A stretch of 63,989 bases of DNA, the filler included, from Welwitschia mirabilis (Eukaryota): assembly GCA_051453625.1 (NCBI GenBank). It is 14 parts of one record of this genome, joined end to end, with 100 filler letters (N's around TTAATTAATTAA, not from the genome) between each part and the next. Parts side by side here need not be neighbours in the genome. Positions count along the whole stretch, not along the records: positions 13,026 to 17,165 come from JBOZIK010000001.1; positions 17,266 to 19,636 come from JBOZIK010000001.1; positions 19,737 to 23,108 come from JBOZIK010000001.1; positions 23,209 to 26,825 come from JBOZIK010000001.1; 10 more parts are not named here. One strand, 5' to 3'. Made by a program: the position numbers and the translations under genes. The notes beneath the pieces are model-generated. The model worked only from the letters and a program-made list of their open reading frames with translations, was not told the origin of the DNA and did no database searches. Positions 13,500 to 26,925 of the stretch are shown piece by piece (within the stretch, counting starts at the first letter, position 1; the number at the start of each line of letters is the position of its first letter).

Positions 13500-16400
13500 A
13501 GTACATGTACTTTTGCCTAGAACCAAGAATGATAAATGAGTAGATTTACTCTACCATGACTTTTATGTTCTTAAGATGTGTAAGGGCACATTATTTATAG
13601 CATACTCATTGCTTTATTCATTGGAATTAAAGAGTTTGTCTCATTATGCCATACGACAATTTTGAAATTTGTGCATTTATTCTTTTGATGCATGTCTTAA
13701 ATGATTTAAACTTACTTATGAGTCTATGAAGGACTAAAAAGAGCTTGCATGAGGAAATAATGCATGTAATTAACCTTCTTAATTAAAGCAAGAGGATTAC
13801 TCATCATAGTTAGGTGCATGAGTTATAAATATGATCTATTTTTGCACTCTAATATCACTTATTACTCATGTCACTTATCAATGCTAAATCATGTGGTGTT
13901 GAACTATATGCCTTTGCTTATCTATATATAGAGATATTTTCCTCTTTTGTAAGAGGAGATACTTTTCCTTTGTTTCCTATACTTGCATTTCTCTCTCTCT
14001 CTCNNNNNNNNNNNNNNNNNNNNNNNNNNNNNNNNNNNNNNNNNNNNNNNNNNNNNNNNNNNNNNNNNNNNNNNNNNNNNNNNNNNNNNNNNNNNNNNNN
14101 NNNNNNNNNNNNNNNNNNNNNNNNNNNNNNNNNNNNNNNNNNNNNNNNNNNNNNNNNNNNNNNNNNNNNNNNNNNNNNNNNNNNNNNNNNNNNNNNNNNN
14201 NNNNNNNNNNNNNNNNNNNNNNNNNNNNNNNNNNNNNNNNNNNNNNNNNNNNNNNNNNNNNNNNNNNNNNNNNNNNNNNNNNNNNNNNNNNNNNNNNNNN
14301 NNNNNNNNNNNNNNNNNNNNNNNNNNNNNNNNNNNNNNNNNNNNNNNNNNNNNNNNNNNNNNNNNNNNNNNNNNNNNNNNNNNNNNNNNNNNNNNNNNNN
14401 NNNNNNNNNNNNNNNNNNNNNNNNNNNNNNNNNNNNNNNNNNNNNNNNNNNNNNNNNNNNNNNNNNNNNNNNNNNNNNNNNNNNNNNNNNNNNNNNNNNN
14501 NNNNNNNNNNNNNNNNNNNNNNNNNNNNNNNNNNNNNNNNNNNNNNNNNNNNNNNNNNNNNNNNNNNNNNNNNNNNNNNNNNNNNNNNNNNNNNNNNNNN
14601 NNNNNNNNNNNNNNNNNNNNNNNNNNNNNNNNNNNNNNNNNNNNNNNNNNNNNNNNNNNNNNNNNTTTATGGATTTTATACAATTATGTTATAAAATATT
14701 ATTCCTTTCCATTAGCTCCTACTAAGATGTTATAGTGAGATATAAGGGTTCTCTAGTGCTTGGAGAAGAAGGATTACTAATGGATGATTATGGCCAAATG
14801 ACTAAGGATTCACTAGCTTAAAAAAAAATGAAATTTGAATACCTATATTTCTTTTAGTATTATATCTTTTATTTATATATGCATTAGAATCATCTTATTA
14901 GGGGAAAATTCTGATCCTTAAAAATCTCTTTAGGCTAGTAATTCTTCATTGAAAGCCCCAAGGCTCATGGTAAATGGTTTTGTTTGAATTGATTGATTTT
15001 TCTTTCCATAATGACTTTTCTTTTCATAATTGATTTTACTTTTTATAAGTAATTAGTTAGTATATCCATTAGTTTAACAATCTAAGTTATTATTTAACTA
15101 GTTGTAAAAACTTTATCATATTTTTGTTATGGTAAAAATTAAATTTTGAGAATAGAAGCACATGATAAAAATATCATATCTCATTAATTAGGACATATAA
15201 ATTAGTGAAATCATTTATGTACATTTAAGGTTCTACTATTAATGTGAAAATGTAAAAATAGTAATTTTTTATGGATAATTATTTTTTAATAATTATTTGT
15301 TAAAATATGTTAGAAAATAAATGCAAAAAATAGTACAAAAGTATTTATATTTTTGTACCTGTCTGTCAACATATTTACAAATTTGAGCATTTTAAGTTGT
15401 AGGAAATTAAATATTCTTTCAAAAACATCTTGAAACATTTAAAAACCCAAACTGCTTTAGAAGTTATGGTCACTTTAGTGTGGTGTGGTAGGAATATAAT
15501 TTTAGAAAATTTGACATTTTTTAGCCTTGAATAATAACATTAGAAATAATAGTTTTGTAATTCCAACATAGTTTAAGTTAGATTTTGATGAACCTATTAC
15601 GTATCTAGTTTTTGATAAACTACTATAATTTTTTTTTTGCTTTATAATTAATTAATTATTAGTTTTTAACTATGATGTCTCTTTCGAGTCCAAAACTGTT
15701 ATAATTAATGTTGAAAATAATAGAAAAATTATTACATAAACTTTTATAGAAAAATTGAGTATATAAAATATGTTTTTATTAGTATATTTAATTTAAATTA
15801 CCTAAAAGCGGTATTTATTTGTAAAAATACTTCTTTTATTCTTTAGCTTACTTTGAATGTGCATGTTTATTATAATCCACATTTTGTAAGATTTAATTAA
15901 TAGAGTTTCTAAACTATGTAATACATTTTAATATCAATTTTATTGAAAATTCCTTTTTATTGATAATTTATTTGTAGNNNNNNNNNNNNNNNNNNNNNNN
16001 NNNNNNNNNNNNNNNNNNNNNNNNNNNNNNNNNNNNNNNNNNNNNNNNNNNNNNNNNNNNNNNNNNNNNNNNNNNNNNNNNNNNNNNNNNNNNNNNNNNN
16101 NNNNNNNNNNNNNNNNNNNNNNNNNNNNNNNNNNNNNNNNNNNNNNNNNNNNNNNNNNNNNNNNNNNNNNNNNNNNNNNNNNNNNNNNNNNNNNNNNNNN
16201 NNNNNNNNNNNNNNNNNNNNNNNNNNNNNNNNNNNNNNNNNNNNNNNNNNNNNNNNNNNNNNNNNNNNNNNNNNNNNNNNNNNNNNNNNNNNNNNNNNNN
16301 NNNNNNNNNNNNNNNNCTATGTAATACATTTTAATATCAATTTTATTGAAAATTCCTTTTTATTGATAATTTATTTGTAGCCCTATAATCAATAATGTAT

Positions 16401-17165
16401 TGTATATTAAACATTGTAGATACTTATAAGGTTACTTAATTATTTAATCTTAGTTTTAGGTAATTTATTATTTTAATTTATAATGATGATTATAAGAATT
16501 TTAATACTAAATAAACTTATTTATGATTAGGTAATTCATTTTCCTTGGTTAAATAGTTAAATCGGAAAAAAAACCCATATAAAGATATAAAATAATGTCT
16601 ACAAAAAAAAGGGCATGTGACATATTTATTTTAATTTTTATTCATGTGTCTTGTTCAAGTTTTAAAAGAAATTAAAATTACTTGGTAAAACTGAAAAAAT
16701 AATAATTAAGATTACTTTGTTCAACTATGATAATTTATTACATTTAATTATGACATTTTTTTACAANNNNNNNNNNNNNNNNNNNNNNNNNNNNNNNNNN
16801 NNNNNNNNNNNNNNNNNNNNNNNNNNNNNNNNNNNNNNNNNNNNNNNNNNNNNNNNNNNNNNNNNNCTATGATAATTTCTTACATTTAATTATGACATTT
16901 TTTTACAACCCATTATGACATTTTTTCTTACATATAATTATGGCATTCCTTTCTTGTTATTTGTGTTGTTAATATGATGGATCATGAAAAGTGCAAACAT
17001 GTGAATAAGGACATGCACTCTTATCCATAAATTAAAAAGAATAAATGAGTAGAATTTATTCTAATATTACTTTTATTCTTATTAACATTCGTAGAAGTAC
17101 TTTATGCATAAAATATTATTTTTTCTTATTGTGTCACATGAAAATTTTGAAATTTGTGCATTTGT
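13500..17165 (+). repeat. Diverged direct repeat pair of about 150 bp (13500-13680 and 17010-17165) in AT-rich unclassified DNA
   Basis: Shared ATAAATGAGTAGA...ACTTTTAT..TCTTA...AATTTTGAAATTTGTGCATTT blocks in the same order. Confidence 0.5.
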
Positions 17166-18184
17166 NNNNNNNNNNNNNNNNNNNNNNNNNNNNNNNNNNN
17201 NNNNNNNNNTTAATTAATTAANNNNNNNNNNNNNNNNNNNNNNNNNNNNNNNNNNNNNNNNNNNNTAACCTTATTGTTACAGATGATAATCACTTAGAAA
17301 AATTCCAATTATCTTAATAATTTAGGATAATGACCTTATATGGTTTCTTAAAGAGCTTAACCTTTTACAAAATAATATATAAATACACTTTTATTTAACC
17401 AAATTTAAACCGTTAGCAAAGAAAACCAAAACTTGACATTCACAAATTGGTGTAAAACATTCTAAAACTAGTACCTCATAAAAACATCTAACTAATATTT
17501 AATCATAAACTAGTATTATAAAAAATAAGAATAACCAAATCAATTTAACATCAAACTAGTATTATTTATCACAACATAATATTCAAAATTCTAGAATCCT
17601 CATTCAACCTCACAAAAGAACTATATTCATAAATTTTGATAATAACACAAGGAATCCAAATTTCACACGACCAAAACTAGTATAGTGAAATTAATATTTA
17701 ATTATAAAGAACAGTTTTAATAAACTTAGAATAATCATAACTTATTAAAAAGAGGTTGTAGTCCAAAAATTGATATTCTAATTTTAAAGCAAATAAAAAT
17801 TTGCAAAACTGGTATGCAAAAACATTACATTTCCTAATCCAATGTTCTAGACTTGTAAAATATTCTAAAACCATTCCTTAGTCAGATGTTCTAGAATTGT
17901 AAAATAATCTATAATGAGTAAAATTTACTGAGCTCATGAAAATTTGTTAAATCATATATAAAAAGACCATATTTACTAATCCAAAAATTTAGAATTGTAA
18001 ATTTTTACAAAATAAGAAAATCTAAATTCAAAAACCCTATTTTCTAATGTGATGCAAACTTTTAAAAGGTAAACTAGACCTTTTTAGAATATTAAGATTT
18101 AAACCAAAGCTGCAAGTATTAACTACAAGACTTACTATAAATAAGACCCTTTATTTTTATTCACATTAAATATTTCATTTCTTG

Positions 18185-18860
18185 TCTTGATGGGTTTTGG
18201 TTCACTAGTAATGTTCAAAAGCATAATTCGAAAATTGNNNNNNNNNNNNNNNNNNNNNNAATTTTTAAAGGTAACATATCTAGGATTTAGGTACTCAGTT
18301 GTTGTAGTAGAAGGTTCAAATTGAGCTTAATTTCCTTGATATTGCCTCTTAAAGTGAGTCTAAAATTACCTAATCTTGTATTCTAATCTGCATCAATTAA
18401 AAAATTTAAAGATTTCACATCACAGTGAATAACTAGAGGACATGCAGAATGAAGATCATAAAATGCTTTTGCTATTTGAAGGATAAAATGAAGTTTGTGC
18501 CGAAATCCTAGTGGTTCTTGACACGTTCTCTATTGTCATGACTATATCCTAGTAGATTCATAAACCACAAATTATTAATCTTATACAAGATTTCGATCTT
18601 ATTTTATAGAATCATCTTGCAAGTAATACATTTTAGTAGAAGGCAATTTCACTATAATGACGGTTCCATGTACAAGAAAACCCTTGTAAAGGGATCCTGA
18701 CTTCCTTTTCCCAAAAGGAATTTTCCTACAAATCCTCTAGTGATTGCCTCAAGCATCTTATTAAAAAAAAAGCCTGTAGTGGTGGCATTATGATCTTTTC
18801 CCTCTTATATGATTCATAGGTTATAACTGTAGAATCTACTCTACAAGATGAATATCCCAT
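18185..18860 (-). pseudogene. Receptor-like cytoplasmic kinase pseudogene, At1g28390/At3g51990-like
   Basis: Hand translation from ATG at 18860: MGYSSCRVDS, LEAITRGF, LLGKGS/GSLYKG, IVK, IEILYKI, MNLLGYS, LQIAKA, LHSACPLVIHCDVKS, LIDAD*NTRLGNF, YLNPRYVT, FRIMLLNITS. Frameshifts, a stop, HRD to HCD and DFG to NFR. Confidence 0.85.
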
Positions 18861-19754
18861 TTTGAAAACTCTAATATGTGATCTGCAACATTTCAATCCT
18901 CTTTAAAAAAAAGAAATAAATAATCTTCTTATCTTCACACTTTTCTTTCTCTCATCGTGGATCTTGATTTCTTCTTGTCTATGTTCTATTTGGGTAATAT
19001 GGAAAGTTGTAAAAAGGAATTAAATGAAAATACAAAAATATTGAGAGACCTAACAAGTTTTTGCAATACTAAAATCAAGGTCAAATTGTCAAAATAGCTA
19101 CATGGAATCTAAATTTAAAACCTTACCATTATTCAAAATTNNNNNNNNNNNNNNNNNNNNNNNNNNNNNNNNNNNNNNNNNNNNNNNNNNNNNNNNNNNN
19201 NNNNNNNNNNNNNNNNNNNNNNNNNNNNNNNNNNNNNNNNNNNNNNNNNNNNNNNNNNNNNNNNNNNNNNNNNNNNNNNNNNNNNNNNNNNNNNNNNNNN
19301 NNNNNNNNNNNNNNNNNNNNNNNNNNNNNNNNNNNNNNNNNNNNNNNNNNNNNNNNNNNNNNNNNNNNNNNNNNNNNNNNNNNNAAGGAATTAAATGTCA
19401 AGAAGGATTAAGAAGAACGATCATGATCTTTAAGGATCATACACCTATCAAATCTAGAATTGCCATGAATACCTAACGAGACAATTTACAGAGCACATTA
19501 TTCACCATTAAGAAAATAATACACAGATATCAACAAAGCAAGAATTTCATCTCTACAGAATGTCATAGATAAAAATCCCTTAAAACCCTAATCAACAAAA
19601 AATTTTTAATAGAATAACTAAGTAAAAAATTTTAAGNNNNNNNNNNNNNNNNNNNNNNNNNNNNNNNNNNNNNNNNNNNNTTAATTAATTAANNNNNNNN
19701 NNNNNNNNNNNNNNNNNNNNNNNNNNNNNNNNNNNNTATAATATTGTTAATCTT

Positions 19755-21720
19755 ATGAAGAAATATCAGATAGAATTACTACTGATAGAAAAAAACATTA
19801 AAGAAGAACTAGTGGATATAGAAAATGAATCAGAAAAGCAATCCCCAAGTGCACTCAAACCTCCTTCCAAATTTATTTTTTCTGAGTCAGATTTTCTTAA
19901 TGAAAACCCTATAGAAGAAGAGAACCAATTTACAATATTGAGTGCCTCCTATAAGTAAAAACAAATCATAGGATCTTCTACCCCTAATGAAAACCTTATC
20001 CTNNNNNNNNNNNNNNNNNNNNNNNNNNNNNNNNNNNNNNNNNNNNNNNNNNNNNNNNNNNNNNNNNNNNNNNNNNNNNNNNNNNNNNNNNNNNNNNNNN
20101 NNNNNNNNNNNNNNNNNNNNNNNNNNNNNNNNNNNNNNNNNNNNNNNNNNNNNNNNNNNNNNNNNNNNNNNNNNNNNNNNNNNNNNNNNNNNNNNNNNNN
20201 NNNNNNNNNNNNNNNNNNNNNNNNNNNNNNNNNNNNNNNNNNNNNNNNNNNNNNNNNNNNNNNNNNNNNNNNNNNNNNNNNNNNNNNNNNNNNNNNNNNN
20301 NNNNNNNNNNNNNNNNNNNNNNNNNNNNNNNNNNNNNNNNNNNNNNNNNNNNNNNNNNNNNNNNNNNNNNNNNNNNNNNNNNNNNNNNNNNNNNNNNNNN
20401 NNNNNNNNNNNNNNNNNNNNNNNNNNNNNNNNNNNNNNNNNNNNNNNNNNNNNNNNNNNNNNNNNNNNNNNNNNNNNNNNNNNNNNNNNNNNNNNNNNNN
20501 NNNNNNNNNNNNNNNNNNNNNNNNNNNNNNNNNNNNNNNNNNNNNNNNNNNNNNNNNNNNNNNNNNNNNNNNNNNNNNNNNNNNNNNNNNNNNNNNNNNN
20601 NNNNNNNNNNNNNNNNNNNNNNNNNNNNNNNNNNNNNNNNNNNNNNNNNNNNNNNNNNNNNNNNNNNNNNNNNNAAAGATTTTACAACAATCTTGGAGAA
20701 GTATACAGAAATGATTTTAGATGCTAAAACCAAAATTGAAAAAATTTTGTACAAACTCGTGATTTATATGAGTATGATTATCATGTTACTAAAAACTGTC
20801 TTCTTTTGCCAACATACAAAGAAAGAATATGTGAAAAAGTTTGTGCTTTTAATTAGCTACCTCAAAATTTCTAAAATCAAAATCAAGTACAACCATGTTT
20901 GAACACTCATTTCCAGAATAATTCTAAACCTTTTAGAAACTAATTCAAAAACACAAACTACCTATCAAGATCATAAAACTTTCAACATCCAAATGATCAA
21001 CTCACAAACTTTATGGATGAAATTAGAAGAACAAATGCCAACATAAAAAACATGGTAAGCATCTTTTAATAAACACTTCTNNNNNNNNNNNNNNNNNNNN
21101 NNNNNNNNNNNNNNNNNNNNNNNNNNNNNNNNNNNNNNNNNNNNNNNNNNNNNNNNNNNNNNNNNNNNNNNNNNNNNNNNATTAGAAGAACAAATGCCAA
21201 CATAAAAAACATGGTAAGCATCTTTTAATAAACAATTCTAGCAAACCAAAGACCTTAAAAAACATTACCTACACAACCTTTATCAAATACAAATGAACTA
21301 AGAAAATATTATAATGTTGTGACAAGAAGTGGACAAAAAACAAACCCTCCTCAATGTGAATCTTCCCCTTCCCAGAATAACTTTAGAAATGATGAAGAAG
21401 AAGAGGAAGAGGATATTGAAATATTAGAATACTAGAACTTTCCTTGTCTTAGCAAAAATAAANNNNNNNNNNTTCTCACTAAACCACCCCTTAGATGGAT
21501 AGGCTTAACAATAATTCAACTTTCAATTATCACTTAAAAGCCTTGATTAAAAAAATGTGAGCATAAACTTACCCTTTTGGAAAGTTTTACAAGAATATCC
21601 AAGGTATTCAAAATTATGAAAAGACTTAATAAGAAAAAAATATAAATGATTTATCCCTAGCAAAGTCTTTCTTATCCAGTTCCTCACAAATTTAGCGTTA
21701 CAAAGATCATCCAAATTTAA
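19755..21720 (+). mobile_element. Athila-like gag (N-terminus to pre-protease), degenerate
   Basis: The N-terminal peptide matches 58070-58320, which follows an LTR, PBS and leader. 20690-21720 is colinear with 26926-28030 and includes VVTRSG followed by an acidic tract. Confidence 0.75.
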
Positions 21721-21742
21721 NNNNNNNNNNNNNNNNNNNNNN

Positions 21743-22803
21743 CACCTCCAACTTACATGTATTTAATAGGATATTCTGAGTTGTTTTGTAGGTAAATTAG
21801 TAGATAAATGCTTATTTCCCATGATAATGAAGAACTAGGATGAAAAGAATGAAAAAATATAATTTCTAGATAAATTACAAGCATTTTGTGCAGATATGGA
21901 TAAATGATATTTTTTGATGATAATTCCTGCAAACAACAAGCAATTGAAATGACTAAAGATTGACAAATACCATCATTCACCTCATCGTCTAAACATTAGT
22001 ATGGACGACATCGCTAACTGGTTAATTACAGTTGGACAGGTAGTTAAACTGAGAGCAAAGAAAGATCTATCTATCAATTGGCATTGTCTTCTATATTGTA
22101 TAGATGACCNNNNNNNNNNATTTACCTAAACTATCACCACTTTGTTGCAACTTTTCTTTGCATGGAAGTTAGGATTTTTCCTGTGCATTTCTATCAGTTT
22201 CCTTTCTTTTCTGTCTGTAAATAAAGGTCTCCCCTTTGATTCCTAATCATCTTCGATAGTATCCAACATACTCATAATATAAGATTGAAGGACTGAAGAA
22301 CCATTCTGTAATTTCAGAGAGATGTTCCCTTAGTGTTGGGCAGTATTTCCTCCATTAAGGAACGACTACTTTTTAATGCAGATGTAATAGTATTTTTAAT
22401 AATAAAATATTTTCTTTTATGTTTATATGTATGCATGATCTTCTTCCTCATAGTTTATGTTATTTGATATTTGGAGACAAGCTTCTTTTATAATATAGAT
22501 TATGAGGTTAACCTTTATCAAGGTTGTGCTTAGTGAGTNNNNNNNNNNNNNNNNNNNNNNNNNNNNNNNNNNNNNNNNNNNNNNNNNNNNNNNNNNNNNC
22601 CATGCATTGTAATTTATTTTTGTAGGTTAGGGTTACATATTTCTATCTTAGAAGTAGCTCTTTTATTTTCATACTTTGGCCTTTAATGGATTACGACATT
22701 CGAGTCACTCTCATCTATATTAGTGTGTTGTGTTTGTGTATATTATTTGTAATTAATAGGATTCAGATCAAGACGTAATGTTGTATAAATATGCACTACA
22801 ACA
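21743..22803 (+). mobile_element. Athila-like 5' LTR subtype A (about 1.07 kb), nested
   Basis: Colinear with the LTRs at 9624, 29901 and 33256. Ends AAATATGCACTACAACA and is followed by a PBS. The first few bases lie in the N run 21721-21742. Confidence 0.85.
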
Positions 22804-22806
22804 TCT

Positions 22807-22824
22807 TGGTGTCGTTACTGGGAA
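22807..22824 (+). promoter_or_regulatory. Primer-binding site, tRNA-Asp type (Athila)
   Basis: TGGTGTCGTTACTGGGAA lies 3 nt after the LTR CA and differs from the Athila PBS TGGCGCCGTTGCCGGGGA only by C>T and G>A transitions. Confidence 0.8.
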
Positions 22825-23208
22825 AGGCTGCTTGGAGTTTGAGAGTTGTCATTACTTCAGTGAATATTCCAGATGTTTGTTGTAGTAGCGGTGTACTAGT
22901 ACCTATTGTAAGGTTTTTTTTTTCAGTTTTTTCTTTTCTGATAATCCTTAACAGCCCTCTATCATCCAGACATTAAAGGCGGATGACATTTCCATTTTCT
23001 TCTTTCCCCTTTTCTATGGTTTTTTGTGTTTCTATTATCTAGGTTATCATTTGTATGACATCCGAGATAACACTTTCACAGATCCAAGATAGAGTATGAA
23101 TGGTTAAANNNNNNNNNNNNNNNNNNNNNNNNNNNNNNNNNNNNNNNNNNNNTTAATTAATTAANNNNNNNNNNNNNNNNNNNNNNNNNNNNNNNNNNNN
23201 NNNNNNNN

Positions 23209-25624
23209 GAAGGAAACAAAAACAAACCATCTTTACTACAGTCTCCCTAGCTTAATACATTAGCAATTTGGTTTAACAAAAGTATCTAAAGTTTAAAGAT
23301 CTAAAGGTAGCAACAATTAGTATTAGTTTAGAGGGAAACCATAGAAATAAAAAAGCCTTAATAAACATAGGAGCTAGTGTCAATATTATTCCCTTACACA
23401 TTTATCAATGTCTTGAGTTGGAATAAAGAGTAGAGTATACAAGCATTATCTTGGAGTTAGCTAATANNNNNNNNNNNNNNNNNNNNNNNNNNNNNNNNNN
23501 NNNNNNNNNNNNNNNNNNNNNAGCTTTCTACCCAATTGATGTAGTTATATTAGAAGTTGACTATCATGTTAGATATCCCCTACTTCTAGGTAAAGTTTTC
23601 TATGCAATAGCCCATTGCATAATAGATACAAGAATCGGATTGATAAAGTGCCATTTTGGAAACCAAAAATTTACAATACGAGTGTTTGATGCAGCCGAAA
23701 AAGATTTAGGTAATGATTTAGAATTGGAAGAAGAAGAAATAAAATCAACCCTATTTTTATAGCACNNNNNNNNNNNNNNNNNNNNNNNNNNNNNNNNNNN
23801 NNNNNNNNNNNNNNNNNNNNNNNNNNNNNNNNNNNNNNNNNNNNNNNNNNNNNNNNNNNNNNNNNNNNNNNNNNNNNNNNNNNNNNNNNNNNNNNNNNNN
23901 NNNNNNNNNNNNNNNNNNNNNNNNNNNNNNNNNNNNNNNNNNNNNNNNNNNNNNNNNNNNNNNNNNNNNNNNNNNNNNNNNNNNNNNNNNNNNNNNNNNN
24001 NNNNNNNNNNNNNNNNNNNNNNNNNNNNNNNNNNNNNNNNNNNNNNNNNNNNNNNNNNNNNNNNNNNNNNNNNNNNNNNNNNNNNNNNNNNNNNNNNNNN
24101 NNNNNNNNNNNNNNNNNNNNNNNNNNNNNNNNNNNNNNNNNNNNNNNNNNNNNNNNNNNNNNNNNNNNNNNNNNNNNNNNNNNNNNNNNNNNNNNNNNNN
24201 NNNNNNNNNNNNNNNNNNNNNNNNNNNNNNNNNNNNNNNNNNNNNNNNNNNNNNNNNNNNNNNNNNNNNNNNNNNNNNNNNNNNNNNNNNNNNNNNNNNN
24301 NNNNNNNNNNNNNNNNNNNNNNNNNNNNNNNNNNNNNNNNNNNNNNNNNNNNNNNNNNNNNNNNNNNNNNNNNNNNNNNNNNNNNNNNNNNNNNNNNNNN
24401 NNNNNNNNNNNNNNNNNNNNNNNNNNNNNNNNNNNNNNNNNNNNNNNNNNNNNNNNNNNNNNNNNNNNNNNNNNNNNNNNNNNNNNNNNNNNNNNNNNNN
24501 NNNNNNNNNNNNNNNNNNNNNNNNNNNNNNNNNNNNNNNNNNNNNNNNNNNNNNNNNNNNNNNNNNNNNNNNNNNNNNNNNNNNNNNNNNNNNNNNNNNN
24601 NNNNNNNNNNNNNNNNNNNNNNNNNNNNNNNNNNNNNNNNNNNNNNNNNNNNNNNNNNNNNNNNNNNTGTTAAAACCTTTGAGCAAATCTTAGATCATTT
24701 AGAGAAATTCTTAAATCGATGCATTACTAGTGGTCTCCACTTGAGTTGGTAAAAGAATTATTTTCTTGTAGAGAGTGGCATTATTTTAGGTCACCACATT
24801 TCTCGAAAAGGTATTAAGATGGATGATTTTAAAGTTAGTATTATTAAAAATCTTAGTCCTCCTACAAATCTTAAATAGGTCCAATCTTTTCTTGGTCATT
24901 GTAGTTTTTACCGTTAGTTTATTCGTGATTATGATTCTATTTGTAAATCCCTTCACTCGTTACTAGAGAAAGATGCCAAATTCAAATGGAATGAATCTTG
25001 TCAAACTACTTTTAATAGGCTTAAACACAGATTGAATTATGCTCCTATACTAATGGGACCTAATTGGGCATGTAACTTTGAGCTTATGTGTAATGCTAGT
25101 AATTTTGTCGTAGGTGGGGTTCTTTGCCAAAAGTATGAGAAAGACTTCAAAGTTATATCTTACCATAGCAAGTCATTATCTAGAACTCAGATGAGCTACA
25201 TTATTATAGAAAAAGAAATGCTTGCCATTATCTTTTGCCTTGATTCTCTTAGACACTATCTTTTAGGCTTTTACATAAATGTTTATACTGACCATGCTGC
25301 CATTCATTACCTCATGACTAAGAAATACTGTAGCGCATGTTTGATTAAATAGATCTTTCTTATGCAAGAATTTAATTTGACCATCATAGATAAAATAGGG
25401 AAGCACAATTCTATTACCGATCATTTGTTCTGACTTCACCCTCCTCTAGATGACATTCTTATAGATGATTCATTTCCTGATGAGCAGCTTTTCACTGTTT
25501 TTTCTTCTCATCCTCCTTCATGGTATGCTGACATTATCAACTATCTTATAATCATAAAAACAACACAACACTGGACCTATCACTAGTGTAAATCCTTTCT
25601 CCATCGTATAGGTGATTATGAGTG
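23209..25624 (+). mobile_element. Athila-like protease, RT end, RNase H and integrase start (degenerate, gapped)
   Basis: ALINIGASVNIIP, FYPIDVVIL, PLLLGK, GIILGHHIS, FELMCNASNFVVGGVL, EKEMLAI, VYTDHAAI, DDSFPDEQL, WYADIINYL. Confidence 0.92.
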
Positions 25625-26259
25625 NNNNNNNNNNNNNNNNNNNNNNNNNNNNNNNNNNNNNNNNNNNNNNNNNNNNNNNNNNNNNNNNNNNNNNNNNNNN
25701 NNNNNNNNNNNNNNNNNNNNNNNNNNNNNNNNNNNNNNNNNNNNNNNNNNNNNNNNNNNNNNNNNNNNNNNNNNNNNNNNNNNNNNNNNNNNNNNNNNNN
25801 NNNNNNNNNNNNNNNNNNNNNNNNNNNNNNNNNNNNNNNNNNNNNNNNNNNNNNNNNNNNNNNNNNNNNNNNNNNNNNNNNNNNNNNNNNNNNNNNNNNN
25901 NNNNNNNNNNNNNNNNNNNNNNNNNNNNNNNNNNNNNNNNNNNNNNNNNNNNNNNNNNNNNNNNNNNNNNNNNNNNNNNNNNNNNNNNNNNNNNNNNNNN
26001 NNNNNNNNNNNNNNNNNNNNNNNNNNNNNNNNNNNNNNNNNNNNNNNNNNNNNNNNNNNNNNNNNNNNNNNNNNNNNNNNNNNNNNNNNNNNNNNNNNNN
26101 NNNNNNNNNNNNNNNNNNNNNNNNNNNNNNNNNNNNNNNNNNNNNNNNNNNNNNNNNNNNNNNNNNNNNNNNNNNNNNNNNNNNNNNNNNNNNNNNNNNN
26201 NNNNNNNNNNNNNNNNNNNNNNNNNNNNNNNNNNNNNNNNNNNNNNNNNNNNNNNNNNN

Positions 26260-26825
26260 AATATGAATTATCCTGTTTTGTTTAATATATGCAGGAATCT
26301 ATTCCTTATAGTTTATGTTATTTAAAATTCAGTGACAGATTTCTTCTATTATATAGATTATGAGGGCAGCCTTTGTTAAGGTTAAGCTTAATTAGTTTAG
26401 GTGCATTGTTATTCCTTTTCCTAAATTAGTTTTACAAAAGAATGTTTTATTTCAATTTCATGCATTGCAATTTATTTTAGTAGATTAGGANNNNNNNNNN
26501 NNNNNNNNNNNNNNNNNNNNNNNNNNNNNNNNNNNNNNAGAATTACAACATTCGGATCACTCCCAACTATACTAGTGTGTTGTGTTTGTGCATCTTATTT
26601 GTAATTAATAGGATTTAGATCAAGGAATAAAATATTACATAAATATGCACTATAACATTTTTGTGCCATTGTGAAGGAAGGCTGCTTGGAATTTGAGAGT
26701 TATCATTGCTTTAGTGGATATTCTGGATGTTTTCTATAGTAGCGGTGTACCAGTACCTTTTGTAAGTTTTTATTTCAATTTTTCCTTTTGCTAACCTCTA
26801 ACGTCCTCTTCGTCACCCAGACGTT
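26260..26825 (+). mobile_element. 3' part of a 5' LTR (subtype A) with degenerate PBS and leader
   Basis: LTR ends AAATATGCACTATAACA at 26657. PBS-like TTGTGCCATTGTGAAGGA at 26661-26678. Leader colinear with 22825-22980. Confidence 0.8.
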
Positions 26826-26925
26826 NNNNNNNNNNNNNNNNNNNNNNNNNNNNNNNNNNNNNNNNNNNNTTAATTAATTAANNNNNNNNNNNNNNNNNNN
26901 NNNNNNNNNNNNNNNNNNNNNNNNN

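Noticed and set aside
13990..14003. (CT)n run and the CACCAC-rich tract near 53520-53580
   Set aside because: An ordinary short microsatellite at a gap edge and low-complexity sequence inside an LTR.
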